A DNA stretch of 64,000 bases from Rhodosorus marinus CCMP1338 (lineage: Eukaryota > Plantae > Rhodophyta), in the NCBI GenBank assembly GCA_029953675.1, contig JAMWBK010000002.1, forward strand, positions 1,674,001 to 1,738,000, written 5' to 3'. The translations under genes were made by a program, and so were the position numbers. Of the stretch, positions 45,496 to 56,990 are shown piece after piece. Positions within the stretch are counted from its first letter, which is position 1; each line of letters begins with the position of its first letter. The notes under the pieces were generated by a model. That model saw only the letters and a list, made by a program, of their open reading frames with translations. It was not told the origin of the DNA and did no database searches.

Positions 45496-48400
45496 GATAA
45501 ATCGGAAAATATATCGGTTTGGAACTAAATTCGTAAATGATAGAGAAGGAAGTACGCGGGCCGTACCCGGAGCCTCTTCTGCTCCCGGGAAACCCGCCCT
45601 CGGTTACACGCGCATGGGAGAAAGAGCTGCTGCAACAGCAGCAGCAGAACCAACAGCAGCACCAGCATACTGGAGCAGAACAGGACGCAGAGATGAATGC
45701 AGAGAACAGAGGAGAGGGGCAGGCTGCAGCCGACCCAGCTGTCGCCTTTCTCCACCAGATGCACAGCTACGACCGGTGCTACCAAGCCCTGGGAATTGGC
45801 GAGACTGACATTGTCGACTTTTACCAGGCAGTCTTCAACCTTTATTCGCGGATTAATTGTTCGAAAGAACTGCAAGGAGTGACAGCACGTCTCAACGAGC
45901 TAGCCCAAAAACCGTACATGTGGCATGGTGGACCAGCCACTACGACCTCGCCTCAACCCCCGCACCATTCATTCATTCAACCCCCGCAGCAGCACCCGCG
46001 GACGGCGGCAGTCAATCAATATGCGCCAGAACCGATCAACAATCAACTTCCGGAGGGGACAGGTGTCCTAGCCTCAGCGGACTATGCCACGGCCTTCCCT
46101 GTCATCGGGACCAGCAGCACACGGCCAGCGCACGCTCAGTGCACTGTCGAAAATACTCCAGCTCGAGAATCAGAGGCTCAACTCCGATCAGCAGGACGCC
46201 CGGGCTCACAGACCCAGCAGGCAGCGCTGCGACAGCTGCACGCCACAGTGGGAGGGTCCTCCTGGGGACCTGAGACTAAACCGATCCTCGCCACCCTTCG
46301 AAACGTCCGCCCCCCATAGGCAGGATGAGGTGGCACCTTCGGACTTCACCACCGTCCTCTGCCGCGCGCGGGGAATAGCAACCTCTCACATCGCGCATGT
46401 GGACTTCATCTCATCACGCGCAAGCTTGCTCTGCCATCCCGATGCAATCCCGATTGTGCAGAGCGCTATCGCCTGAGGCATTTTCAGAACAGGGATCTTT
46501 GGATCGTTCACATTGAGACATCCTGACTGGCAAGTGACTCTCCACACAGGACAGGGATTGGAGGCTGACAACCTGCTGGGCTACAACGAAAGGCAAAGGA
46601 TCGCCCCAGAGGAGATCCCGGCCCAGACGCTGCAACGGGCCATACAACAGATCATCCGGATTCGCGCGAGGCTCGGAAAGAGACATCTGTCGTTCTCTAC
46701 TCTCGCAGCCATCCATGAAACGCTTGAAGGGGGTCTACGAGCGTTACGAGGCCTGCAACATTCGCCGGGGAGAGTGTAGAACCCCTTGAGACTGCAGCAG
46801 CTACACACGCAGCCCCAGAAGCCTCGGTTCCTCACGGAGTGCACAGGCAGCCCGCGGGACCGTTGACGCTTCGGGTGACTCCAGCGCTACGTCTCAACCA
46901 CCACACGAGGATGCCGAAGAGGAAAATCCACACCCCGAGCTCCCGCACAACCTTCCGGAGCCTCCGCAACAGAAGCGCACACGCGTGACAGCGGCAGGCA
47001 CATGCCATGACACCGAGATGACTCTCGCAGCCCCAGAAGCACCTCAGCGCGATAACGATGCCCAGACCCCCTCCGAAGCCCACGATAATGCGATGGACAT
47101 CCAGACCAGTCAGGAGGACAACCCCCAATAATGCCGAGCCGACGTAGGGGAATCTCGGCGCTTCGTACCTCGCCCACACGTCAACGCCTGGAGCAGCCTC
47201 CTTCGGGTCGCTCTGGAGCTCACAATGGACCGCAGCGCACCAGTGAATGCCAGCCTCCTCCTCTCCGGGCTCCCAGGATTGGTCCTCGGGAATACTGCTC
47301 TTCAAATCGGCACGCAGGTCACGAACGTACGCGAAGGCGAGTTTCACACAGTCTGGACTGCTCTCGAGGAATATGCCTCCAACCAGATACGTCGCACGGC
47401 ACTAAGCGGACCTGAGATAGCCCAGGAACAGGCGCAAAGGCGCCGAAAACAGGCCCTGAAATTGGCACATCTCGGACGCGTTTCACACGCGGCCCGACGA
47501 CTACAGGCCACCGAACTGGCTCAATTTACCAACGCTACGTGGCACCAATTGGAGGAACTCTTTCCGGACCCGACGGAGTGTCCCCTACCGGAGGAGGTCG
47601 ACCAAGCCCTACAACTCCTGCTCTCCAAGGACACCGATAATCTCAGGAGAAGATGGAATGCTCGACAAGCAGCAGATGAAGGTATTCTCGCGATAATAGC
47701 CCGGCTTCCCCAAGGTACCAGCCCCGGACCTAGTGGACTCCGAGCAGAACACCTGCAGGGGGCCACTCAGGACGTCCAAGTGGCTCTAATCCGCGTTCTC
47801 CGGCAACTAGCTACGGCACCAGAGAAGTTTGCACCCCCGATGACCTCGGCAATGCGTAGCAGCAGATTACTGCCGTTCGAAAAACCCACGAGCAACACAA
47901 CCGCTGCAACGAGACCTGACATCCGGCCGATTGGAATCCCCGAAGTCCTCCGAAAGGTGGCCACACAGTGGATCCTTCGATCGGTTACCGACCGCGTTAC
48001 CGAACTGCTCACACCTCTACAACTAGGCATCGGAGTTTGCGGTGGATGTGAACGATCACTACACGCGATCCAGGCCCATCTCTCGTGCGAACCTGACGCC
48101 GTCGTCTTACGGCTCGACCTGGAGAATGCGTTCAACCGCATCGACCGCCGCATCGCAAAGTAAATCCTGGACCACCATTTGCCCGAGCTGGAAGCCGTGT
48201 ACCGGCTTGGCTACGGAAATGACAGCACGGATGCTCCTACACTCTTCGGATGGCGTGATTACCAAGGTCCAGACCAAGACGATACCCATCGCTTGACGCT
48301 TCGGGCCACAACGGGAGTTCAACAGGGAGATCCCCTAGGGCCGATCCTACATGCGCTCTCCCTGGCGCCTTTCTTGGAAGCATTGCACAACAAAGCCTCT

Positions 48401-50245
48401 AATTTAACCATTGTGGCGATCCACGACGACATCACCATCGTAGGACCGCTACAACTACTGAAAGATTCACTACACTGGGGTCAGGCACTACTTCCCTCAC
48501 TCGGAGCCCGAGTGCAGCTCGCCAAGTGCACCTTGTACGGCCCCACGATGACCACGCCACGACTGCTCAGCCGTGACATCCCTGGCGTAACGGCAACGCG
48601 AGACGGAGTTACCATCCATTCCATTCCGATTGGAACACGCGCTTACATCCAAAGCGAGTGTCGGAGGATACAAAACAACCACGAGAAACTATTCAAGGAG
48701 GTAATTCACCTGCCCCCTGAGGAACTGAATACGAAACTGGCCCTCTTCCGGTATTGTTCTGAACCCCGCCTAGACTACTTTCTACGCTGCTTCGCCTACC
48801 CCTTTGGCAGAACACTTGCACGGGAAGCGGACACCCTGACGCGTTATCACCTCAATACGCTAATTGGAGGCCTCACTACTACGGCCATCGAGGACCCTGA
48901 CTACGAAAACCCTACACTAGCCCAGATCGCACTCCCCTGTCGATGGGGAGGACTGGCTTTCAGCTACGAGACAACGGATCCAGCCCATCGCCTTCTACTC
49001 GGCCTGCTGCGAAACTTCAAAGGTAATAACGGGGAATGGCCATATCTCACCGAGGTACAAGAGCAATCTTCTTCAGAGTTTCCTGCAGACACACACACAC
49101 TGAGGAGAATTCAAAGGTCAACAGCACAGCTTGCTGACCAAATCCGCGCGTCTGCAGCCGCAACACAACGCAGACTGCGCCCAGAGGCCCCAGAGCGAAT
49201 CAAGAACTTGGCCACCCTGAAGCAGAGAACCGAATCCGCCACAGGAGCAGAAGAAGCCGACCGGCCAGCATGGAAACATGGTTCCATTCAACAAACCCTC
49301 TCCAGAGAGGCACACCGTGCAGCTTTCCAAAGACTGGTATCCCACGGGCAAGTTTCGGCTGAAGCTCGGGCCAGAATTCGGTCCGCAGTCGGAGCTGGTT
49401 CAGGAGTGTGGTTACGGGAAATGCCGACGCTCGCGCCGAAAAAACTGAGTACAGCAGAGCTGCAAGTGAATGTACGACAGCTGTTGGGTTTGCCGATACC
49501 AGGAATACGGACGTCGGGGAAGTGTACTAGTAATGGTAGTACCCATGGTACTAACGGCGTACAAAGGTTTCACCACTGCCCAACATCGCCGGGACTATGG
49601 CAGCGAAGGCACGACGAAATCTGTACGAAGCTGGCGCGATGGCTGAATCGCTGGAATTTCATCGACATTAAGCAAGAACCGGAGGGGTACTTCGAGAACT
49701 ACCGACTAAGACCGGATAGCCTTGCCACTCATCCCAGGACATTCCAAAGGTATGCACTGGATGTGACGGTTACATCGCCACTGCAGGAGAACTACGTGAA
49801 CCGGAGTGGGTCAGAGAACGGCTACGCAGCGAAAAGAGCGGAGAGGTGGAAACTCGCGCATTACAAAGAGGCTATGTCAGTGGAGAAGCCAGAAGACATG
49901 TTCATTCCCATTGCGATCGAGAGCTTTGGGCGTACAGGACAAATGGCCGAAGAATTTCTACGAGATAGGTGCAAGCATTAGTTGCACCGGAGCCTAGAAC
50001 TGAGCGATGTTCCGGCTCAAATCAACAGGAAATTACGGCAGGGGAACGCGGAGATAGCGATAGGCGCCAACTGGTCCACTCTCCGAGTGGACCAGTTGGC
50101 GAATCCACTGGTGCCTGTTTTTTCTTTCGAACGTAGCATGAGACCCCGGTAGCCTGGTTAGGGTAAGCTTTTCCCTAGATAGTAGTAGCACTAGTGATAC
50201 GCTGCAGTAGGCAGCTGCCCAGTAAAGTTTACGTTACGCTAGTCT
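45496..50245 (+). mobile_element. Near full-length CRE-clade non-LTR retrotransposon (RT plus CCHC plus RLE) with a few stops and frameshifts
   Basis: SPGPSGLRAEHL, IRPIGIPEVLRKV, QLGIGVCGGCE, LDLENAFN, GVQQGDPLGP, AIHDDI, LPCRWGGL, RHDEI, LRPD..ALDVTVTSP..IPIAIESFG. In-frame stops at ~46317, ~48161 and ~49979. Confidence 0.9.
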
Positions 50246-50635
50246 GGGGTGCCGGTCCACTAACAAAAACACTCTCTCGAGAGTGCCACCGACAAGCGTT
50301 TGAGGTACTTACTGGGGATCTAACGTTGGGAGATATTGACCGGGCCCGCATCCGATCGGCAGCCGGAACAGGATGTGGCGTATGGCGGCGAGACTGTCCT
50401 AGTACACGCCGAGGCAGTTGAACAGAGGTGAGATGATCTGGAGCATCCGGATGCTGTTGGGGCTACCACTACCAGGACTAGCTCGGTCGTAAACGTGCAC
50501 GATTTGTGAACAAGCTCACGATGTACGAGGAATTCAACGTCTGCATCACTGCCGAACGTCGTCAGGCATGCGAACAAAGCGACATGACGAACTGAAAATG
50601 GAGCTGAGCCGATGAATGCACCTGTGGAATTTTAC
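50246..50635 (+). mobile_element. Family A zinc-finger fragment with the same 5' junction as the 38576 copy
   Basis: GTCTGGGGTGCCGGTCCA.TAACAAAAACACTCTCTCGAGAGTGCC occurs in both. Confidence 0.8.
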
Positions 50636-50679
50636 GGGGGATAAGTTAGGATAAGTGTGTTTCACGATCATGAAGATGA

Positions 50680-53040
50680 GCGGTGGCCTTTCGCAGAAAC
50701 TCTAGCCCTGCCTGTCCCAGCCGTCCGTACGTCTCAACAATGAATCGTACGAGTATCACCTCCCTGCGTTCAGCGCATATTACCTCCTGGTAGTGTGCCA
50801 CATTGCTTTGCTCCCCTTTCTCCTCTTCGTATCCATTTCTCCAGCCCGTTTGCCTCAATTGATGACGTTGAAGCGGCTACGTCACCATTACGTCCACCAC
50901 GTACACATGCCCGCTCGTCGGGTGCCTTGCTACAATATCCGGTCGAATACCCGACCAGGTAAAGAACCCTTGCGGTTCCACCTGTAGGTTCGTAATATTC
51001 TACAGGTGCATCCATCGGCTCAACTCCATTTTTAGCTCATCATGTCGCTTTGTTCGCATGCCTGACGACGTTCGGCAGTGATGCAGACGTTGAATTCCTC
51101 GTCCATCGTGAGCTTGTCCACAAATCGTGCACCTGTATGACCGAGCTAGTCCTGGTAGTGGTAGCCCCAACAGCATCCGGATGCTCCAGATCATCTCACC
51201 TCTGTTCAACTGCCTCGGCCCTGTACTAGGACAGTCTCGCCGCCATACGCCACATCCTGTTCCGGCTGCCGATCGGATGCGGGCCCGGTCAATGTCTTCC
51301 AGCGTTGGATCCCCAGTAAGAACCTCAACCCTTGTCGGTGGCACTCTCGAGAGAGTGTTTTTTGATTGGACGGTCAAACCTTTGGTTTCCTTCTGCGTCC
51401 TCAGCTGTGACTTGGGCTGACTCCTCAATCAACTGCCATTCCGCTATCCTCTTGATCCGCGCACTTGTGGTCGTTGACAACCGTCGTCCAATCGCGCGAC
51501 TTGCCTCCACCAGTTGCCTAGGAAGTCCGTCAGGTGTCCATCCTAGTCGAACCCCTGAAACCGATTCCCCTTGCGCCACCGCAACACACTCCCGGTGAAG
51601 CCTTTCTAGGAATTTCGACTGCGTGACGTTCTCTTGCACGCTATTTTTCCACCCTGAGTGGAAGGCAACTGGTTGAATACGAGTTCTTGTAGCAAATCCA
51701 AGTCCTCCCCATCGACAGGGTAGTCGTATTTGTTGCTCAACTGCTTTAATCTCTCGTTCGCGGATGTCTTGATGTTGTCGTAGCCCTCCGCATAGTCCTT
51801 CCAGCTCCGAGAGCGTGATGGCATCGGCCTCTCGCGCTACCGTACGTCCAAGCGGGTACGCCAGCCCACGTGTGTGGTAGTCGAGTCTCGATCCTGCGCA
51901 ATACCGAAAGAGAGCAAGCTTGACTTGGAGTTCTGCATCAGCGAGACGCTGGATGGCCTTCACCATTTTCGCATGCCTCGTTTGAATGGCCCGACATCAT
52001 TCTTCCGCGTGCTTGCGATTGCCAATAGGTATCCAGTACAATGTAGTCCCGGCTAGTGTCACCTCAACCTCAGGGATGTCGAGGTTAATCACCCTTGGAG
52101 TGTCCAACCGTGGTGCATATAGAACACATTTCGAACGTTGCAGCTTTGCTCCGATGCCCGGCAAGCCCTCCTGGCTCCACAACAGCGCGGTCTCAAGGGC
52201 TTGTAGCTCACCTACTAACGAGATGTCGTCCTGCGCTGCCGCGAGCGTCAACTCAGGGAAATTTCTTCTCAGAGCCCGCAAAAAAGGTGCTTGGGTGAGT
52301 GCATGTAGCACCGGTCCCAGGGGGTTGCTCTCCCGCCTTGGCCTCCAGGAACAGGGAACGGGCAATTTCGTCTCAGTTTCGTCGCGGCTCGGCCAGGGAA
52401 ACTGCAGGGGGCATTTTCCTCTGATTCCTCATACGCGAGGATGAGTATTGGCATCAGCTCCGGGAAGCAGGCTTCAGCTACCAGTGCCGTCACTCTCTCG
52501 TCGATCCGGTTGGACGCGTTCTCCAAGTCGAGTTTCAGCAGCGCGTGTTGAGGTTCGTAGTATAAGTGGGCTTGAACGGCGTTTAGGGCTTGTTCACGTC
52601 CGCTATGAACGGATATTCCCAGTTGCTCTGGAGCAAGAATGTGCTCAGTCTACTGAAACCCTGCGAAGCGCCCGCTGGGCTGCCAACGTTCGTAAAACTT
52701 CTGGAACCGCGATCTTGCGAACACGAACTCGTCGAGGGACTTCGATTTCAGAGGCGTCTTCCTTGTCGGGCTTTATGAAGTGCAGCAGTCGGCTGCTACT
52801 CAGGGCTTGCCGCAGCGTACGTGGAAATATTTCAGGGTTCTTCACCAGATAGCGGAGGAACCGTACCAGCGGAGGCCTATTCGTTGGAGTCACTGCCTGT
52901 AGATGCTCGGCGAGAAGGCCACTTGGCCCAGGACCCGTTTTCGGCGGTTGTCTATTGATCAGTGTGAGGTGTGATTCGTCGCTCGCGTCAGACGGGTAAC
53001 CCCAGACCCCGTAGCCTTTATTCCAGACTAACGTAACCCC
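50680..53040 (-). mobile_element. Family A CRE-like element, RT plus zinc finger plus RLE, frameshifted
   Basis: VRKIAVPEVLR, LKLDLENA, NPLGPVLHAL, AAQDDISLVG, LPCRWGGLG, RHDEL, YVVDV. The 5' junction abuts GGGGTTACGTTAGTCTGG. Confidence 0.85.
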
Positions 53041-53349
53041 TTTTTTATGTTTTCTTATTTTTGGATACCTTTCTCTCTCTCATCCTTGTCTGGAGGCTGA
53101 ATACCTCCCTATTTATAGTCGAGTTTCTCATGATCAATCCTACTTATGCTTCTGATTTGTCTGTAGTTTGTTTTGTAGCCATTCCTGACCTGTACGCATT
53201 TTGGTACTCCGGGTGACTCCAGTTGTTTTGTCACGATGTGTCATGTCAAGTAGTGACACACCTCCCACCGAAGGAGAGAGCTTCCAGGTTGAAGAAGCAG
53301 GTTTGTGAAGATTCTCATAATATCGAATTTGTCGCCTGGTATTCTGGAA

Positions 53350-53915
53350 CTAAGGAACTAAGAACTAGGGAGGGAAGCGTGCAAACCCAGGCGCCGATGG
53401 CGCGCCTCGGCAAGCATGCTGTAGAATATCGCCACAGGGCGGCACTCAAACGCCGTAAAAGCGCCAAGTACTCAGTAGGATGCTCAGCGAAACATTTCCT
53501 GCAACCACTCTAAACCCGACTTATCCACGTGACCAAAGTTTTCCACAATGAAAGGCTGGAACCGGTGGGAGCGACCCTCGGCGAAGGGCAGACTGGCCAT
53601 GCTCTCAGCATACCGTCGTTCCTTCACTCGTCGAAGAGCCGAAGCGGCTGCCCCTCGGCGGCGGCAGCAGCCGTGGGGTGGGCGCTCGCCACAGGGCATG
53701 TAATCGCGAGGTCAACATATGCTGAGCGTCGGGCGGCAGGGTCTGATACAAGAAGATCTGCGATACAGCGGGGCGGCGCCGTGTCCGAGACCGATCTGGG
53801 TAGTTCCGATTCCTAGCATAGCCTGAAGCGCTACGCAAGCGCTGAAAAGGAACTAAGAACTAGCGAGGGAAGCGTGCAAACCCAGGCGCCGATGGCGCGC
53901 CTCGGCAAGCATGCC
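53350..53915 (-). mobile_element. Tandem family C RLE fragments
   Basis: ADLLVSD..AYVDLAIT, FQPFIVENFGH, ARHRRLGLHASL. The 3' end is duplicated at ~53355-53420 and ~53845-53915. Confidence 0.75.
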
Positions 53916-54139
53916 AGGATACTCGTCTGGTTGTTTATGTTCAGGAGTCTCCTCTGGTTTTGGTTTGTTTTCTTCCGGGTAATTTTCGTCGGGGTTATTT
54001 TCTTCCGGATCATCTCTCAGGAGTTTTAAGATTTTCACGATTTTCTCCAGGTTGAGCATGTTCATCATCAAGGAGTTTTTCAGGTTGATTTCCCAGATAA
54101 TTTTCAGGGTTTTCTTCTTCAGGTTGTTCTGGATGTATG

Positions 54140-55090
54140 ATCGAACGAATGGTTTAATCGGAGGCTGAAAAAAAAACCCCGAGGGGAAAAAAAGACTAAG
54201 CGCCGCGAAGTACTCGCGCCTCCAACATCAAAGCGGCATTCATGCGCCACAGCAGGAAACTTAAGCGGGTAAACAACGATTGAAGACGGTCAGGGCGTTC
54301 GCGGAACAACTCCCGAAGCCAGCGAGAACCAACAGAGTCCATGAACCCAAAGCACTCAATGATCAGGGGTACCAAGCGATGTGCTAGTGCCGAAGCACGA
54401 ACACCAGGGGAAGACAAAGCCCCCGCGTATTTGATCTCTTTGCGGCGTCTCATGCTGGCGGCGGCAGAGCCACGGCGCTCCCCCGCAGCCGGGAGATAAC
54501 GACTAGCTTGAGGGTTAGGAACAGCAAGATCAACGTATGTGGTACGGCGGCTGTCGTCACAGGTGATCACCAGGTCGGCTACACGGCGTTCATCATTTTG
54601 AAAGTCCGCGACGGGTAAAGGTTTCTCACGTTCGATTTCCAGACCGGCTTGCCGGACTATAGGCCGAAGTTCCCGGTATAACAGGTTCAAGATCCGTGTA
54701 TGGCGGCGGGTTCGAGCACCTTTCACCGCCGGGCAACTAGCGAGCAGGTGGGCGCCAAAATCTGCGTTGTCTTCAGTCTGAGAGCAGAGAGGGCACGACG
54801 AACCCATCTCGTACGGCCAAGGGGGCTGATGTAAGCCGAGGTATAAGCGCAGTGAAGTACGCACTTCGAAATCCGACAGTGTGAGTGGCGGAAAGGCTGG
54901 TACGGTCATGAGCCACTGAGAGCTAATAACCCCTCCAAGACTACGTAGGCGGGCGCGAGCGCTAGAAGATGAGACCATCTGCGCGAGGAGTCAGCCATAT
55001 GCAGCACGGTGCAAGTCCCAAGAAAGGATATTTTGCAGTTTTCCCGTCAACCCCATTGAACGCGTTTTCCAGGTCCATTTTAAGCAGCTA
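54140..55090 (-). mobile_element. Family B internally deleted element (RT motif LKMDLENAFN joined almost directly to zinc finger plus RLE)
   Basis: ORF 54196-54978 has CPLC..HLLASC..RHTRI and an RLE. The upstream junction GCACGGTGCAAGTCCCAAGAAAGG is shared with ~32895. Confidence 0.85.
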
Positions 55091-55572
55091 GTGCTCGTTT
55101 TGGCCGGGAGACGATGGATCACGGCCCGGAGTGACTCATCGCTCGCTGCTGTTGGGTTCCATTCTCTAGGGTCGATTAGAATTCCAAGGTGCGAGAGGCT
55201 TCGATCCTGGCCACTTAGTTCCTAGCTTGCAATACTGCGCAGCACTCTAGGATATACTACGATCACGTTTTCAACTCAAGTATTGCCTGCATTCATTCAG
55301 GTAGGACGCGTTAAAACTAAGAACTTCATTGCTCAAGGGTCAACAGGGCATGTGATCCACGCGTGGCAAATGGATCAATTTGTTTTTAACTCGCTCAGAT
55401 CAAAAGCGCATCAGGGGCTTTCTATGGGTTGCGGTGTAATAGTGACCTTTACCGGGCAGCTGCCTACTGCGGCGCTACTCGTGTTCTACAATAAGCCTGG
55501 GTTGGAAATCTAACTCAACTCGCAACAGCAATGTCATCCACTGGTGACTATATTTGCGTCTTTCCGTATCTA

Positions 55573-56601
55573 TCAGTACAGAATCACAGCGAGCATTCCC
55601 TGAAAATCACCAGGCGCCTGTAGGTACACCGTCGGGCATCCGTTACTCTGCACGCGGTATCGAGTGAGTTCGTCTCCACTTGAGAATAATTTGTTGTCCG
55701 AAGCAACCAGGAAGTTGGCCCCAGCAGGAGACGACTCGCACTTTAATAGTACGTCGTTAAATGAGAGGTCGTATGTGTGCAGTTCGTCACACACCTCATA
55801 CAAATTCACGTCACCATCTCTGTCTTCGGCTAATAATAGGTACGCGGGATCGTAGTAAGGGCAATAACTATCGGTGCTCGCAACCTCAGCCAAAGTGTCA
55901 GGGTTCAACCGCTTTAGTTTTATAGCATGAGGCCCAGTCATTGCGTAGATATCTTCGTTCGTCTTGCTCGTTAAAAAGCTGGTATTATATTTTTCCGTAG
56001 TCTCCAACACCACACTGTCGTAGTCGTCTGATGGATCATACAACCTGAAGAGTGTACCATACTCCTCAAGCCTGGGGTAAGGCCCCCATGCGATGTACAG
56101 ATATTTACTGGTCAGTACAACGGAATCGGGTTTCAAGTAGTCCCTGCCAGGAATTACATTAATTGATCTTAAGGTCTCATGATGGACTACGCTGACGAAT
56201 GCTTCGTCCACAATTTCAGAGTTCGCAGCTCTGTCAAAGATGACAATGCGGTCGGTCACGAGCGCATCAGCCGGAGCAAGCACATCGACCGGTCCTGATG
56301 ACGTTCTAATGGTGAAGTGAGTCTTGTGAATTCTTCCTTCCGAGTCTATATCCCATCGCCGAACAATCCCTGCCGCGGCACTGACCTCCCAGGTATATGC
56401 ATATTTACCAAAATGCATTATGCTCATGTACGAGTGCCCATCCCGAGGATTCACTATCTGCATTGGTCTGGCACCGTCTCTTATTTTACTTCCGGCATAC
56501 GCTGTAATAGTTCCGTTGGTATGAACAACGAAGACGTTTTGCTTGCATTGAACCAACGAGCCCATCAAACTAATGAGCACGAAGGCGAACGCGACTTTCA
56601 T
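55573..56601 (-). CDS. Secreted beta-propeller-like protein, 342 aa, intronless
   Basis: Signal peptide. Aligns with 34366-35457 (GKYAY/GKYVY, KYLYI/RYLYV, LNPDTLAEV/LNPNTLEEV, LTRY..NGCP/MTRF..SGCP). Confidence 0.7.
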   Translation of the reverse strand: MKVAFAFVLISLMGSLVQCKQNVFVVHTNGTITAYAGSKIRDGARPMQIVNPRDGHSYMSIMHFGKYAYTWEVSAAAGIVRRWDIDSEGRIHKTHFTIRTSSGPVDVLAPADALVTDRIVIFDRAANSEIVDEAFVSVVHHETLRSINVIPGRDYLKPDSVVLTSKYLYIAWGPYPRLEEYGTLFRLYDPSDDYDSVVLETTEKYNTSFLTSKTNEDIYAMTGPHAIKLKRLNPDTLAEVASTDSYCPYYDPAYLLLAEDRDGDVNLYEVCDELHTYDLSFNDVLLKCESSPAGANFLVASDNKLFSSGDELTRYRVQSNGCPTVYLQAPGDFQGMLAVILY

Positions 56602-56734
56602 CTTGCCCGGGCTTTCCTAGCTTCTCTCAAACGATTCCTCACTCCTCCTCTATCACTCATGTACAACTTCCGTCCCTATCGACCATCGCCGCTGACAGTG
56701 AGCAAGAGAGCATTTTGGGCTATATATAGTGGTG

Positions 56735-56990
56735 GTCTTACTGGGGTTTTTCTAGTATAGCCTGAAGGGCTACGCACGGCGTGAACTGGAACTAAGAACG
56801 AGAACCGTGCAAACCCAGGCGGCGATAGTGCGCTTTGGTTTTGCGCAGTGAAAGGTTGGATGGAACCGGTGGGGAGATTGGCCATGATCTGGGCATACCG
56901 CGCTAGTAACATAGCATACCTGACAGGTTGGAACCTGTGAGAGCGGCCCGATTCCCAGGGGAGATTGGCCATGATCTTCGCATGCCCTGC
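56735..56990 (-). mobile_element. Highly degenerate family C RLE fragments with tail
   Basis: MANLP..RSHRFQP is duplicated, and the tail GCGTAGCCCTTCAGGCTATACTAG is present. Confidence 0.55.

Noticed and set aside
53920-54130. Glu/Asn/Pro-rich ORF fused to a family C end
   Set aside because: A low-complexity fragment inside nested elements, with no evidence that it is an independent gene.
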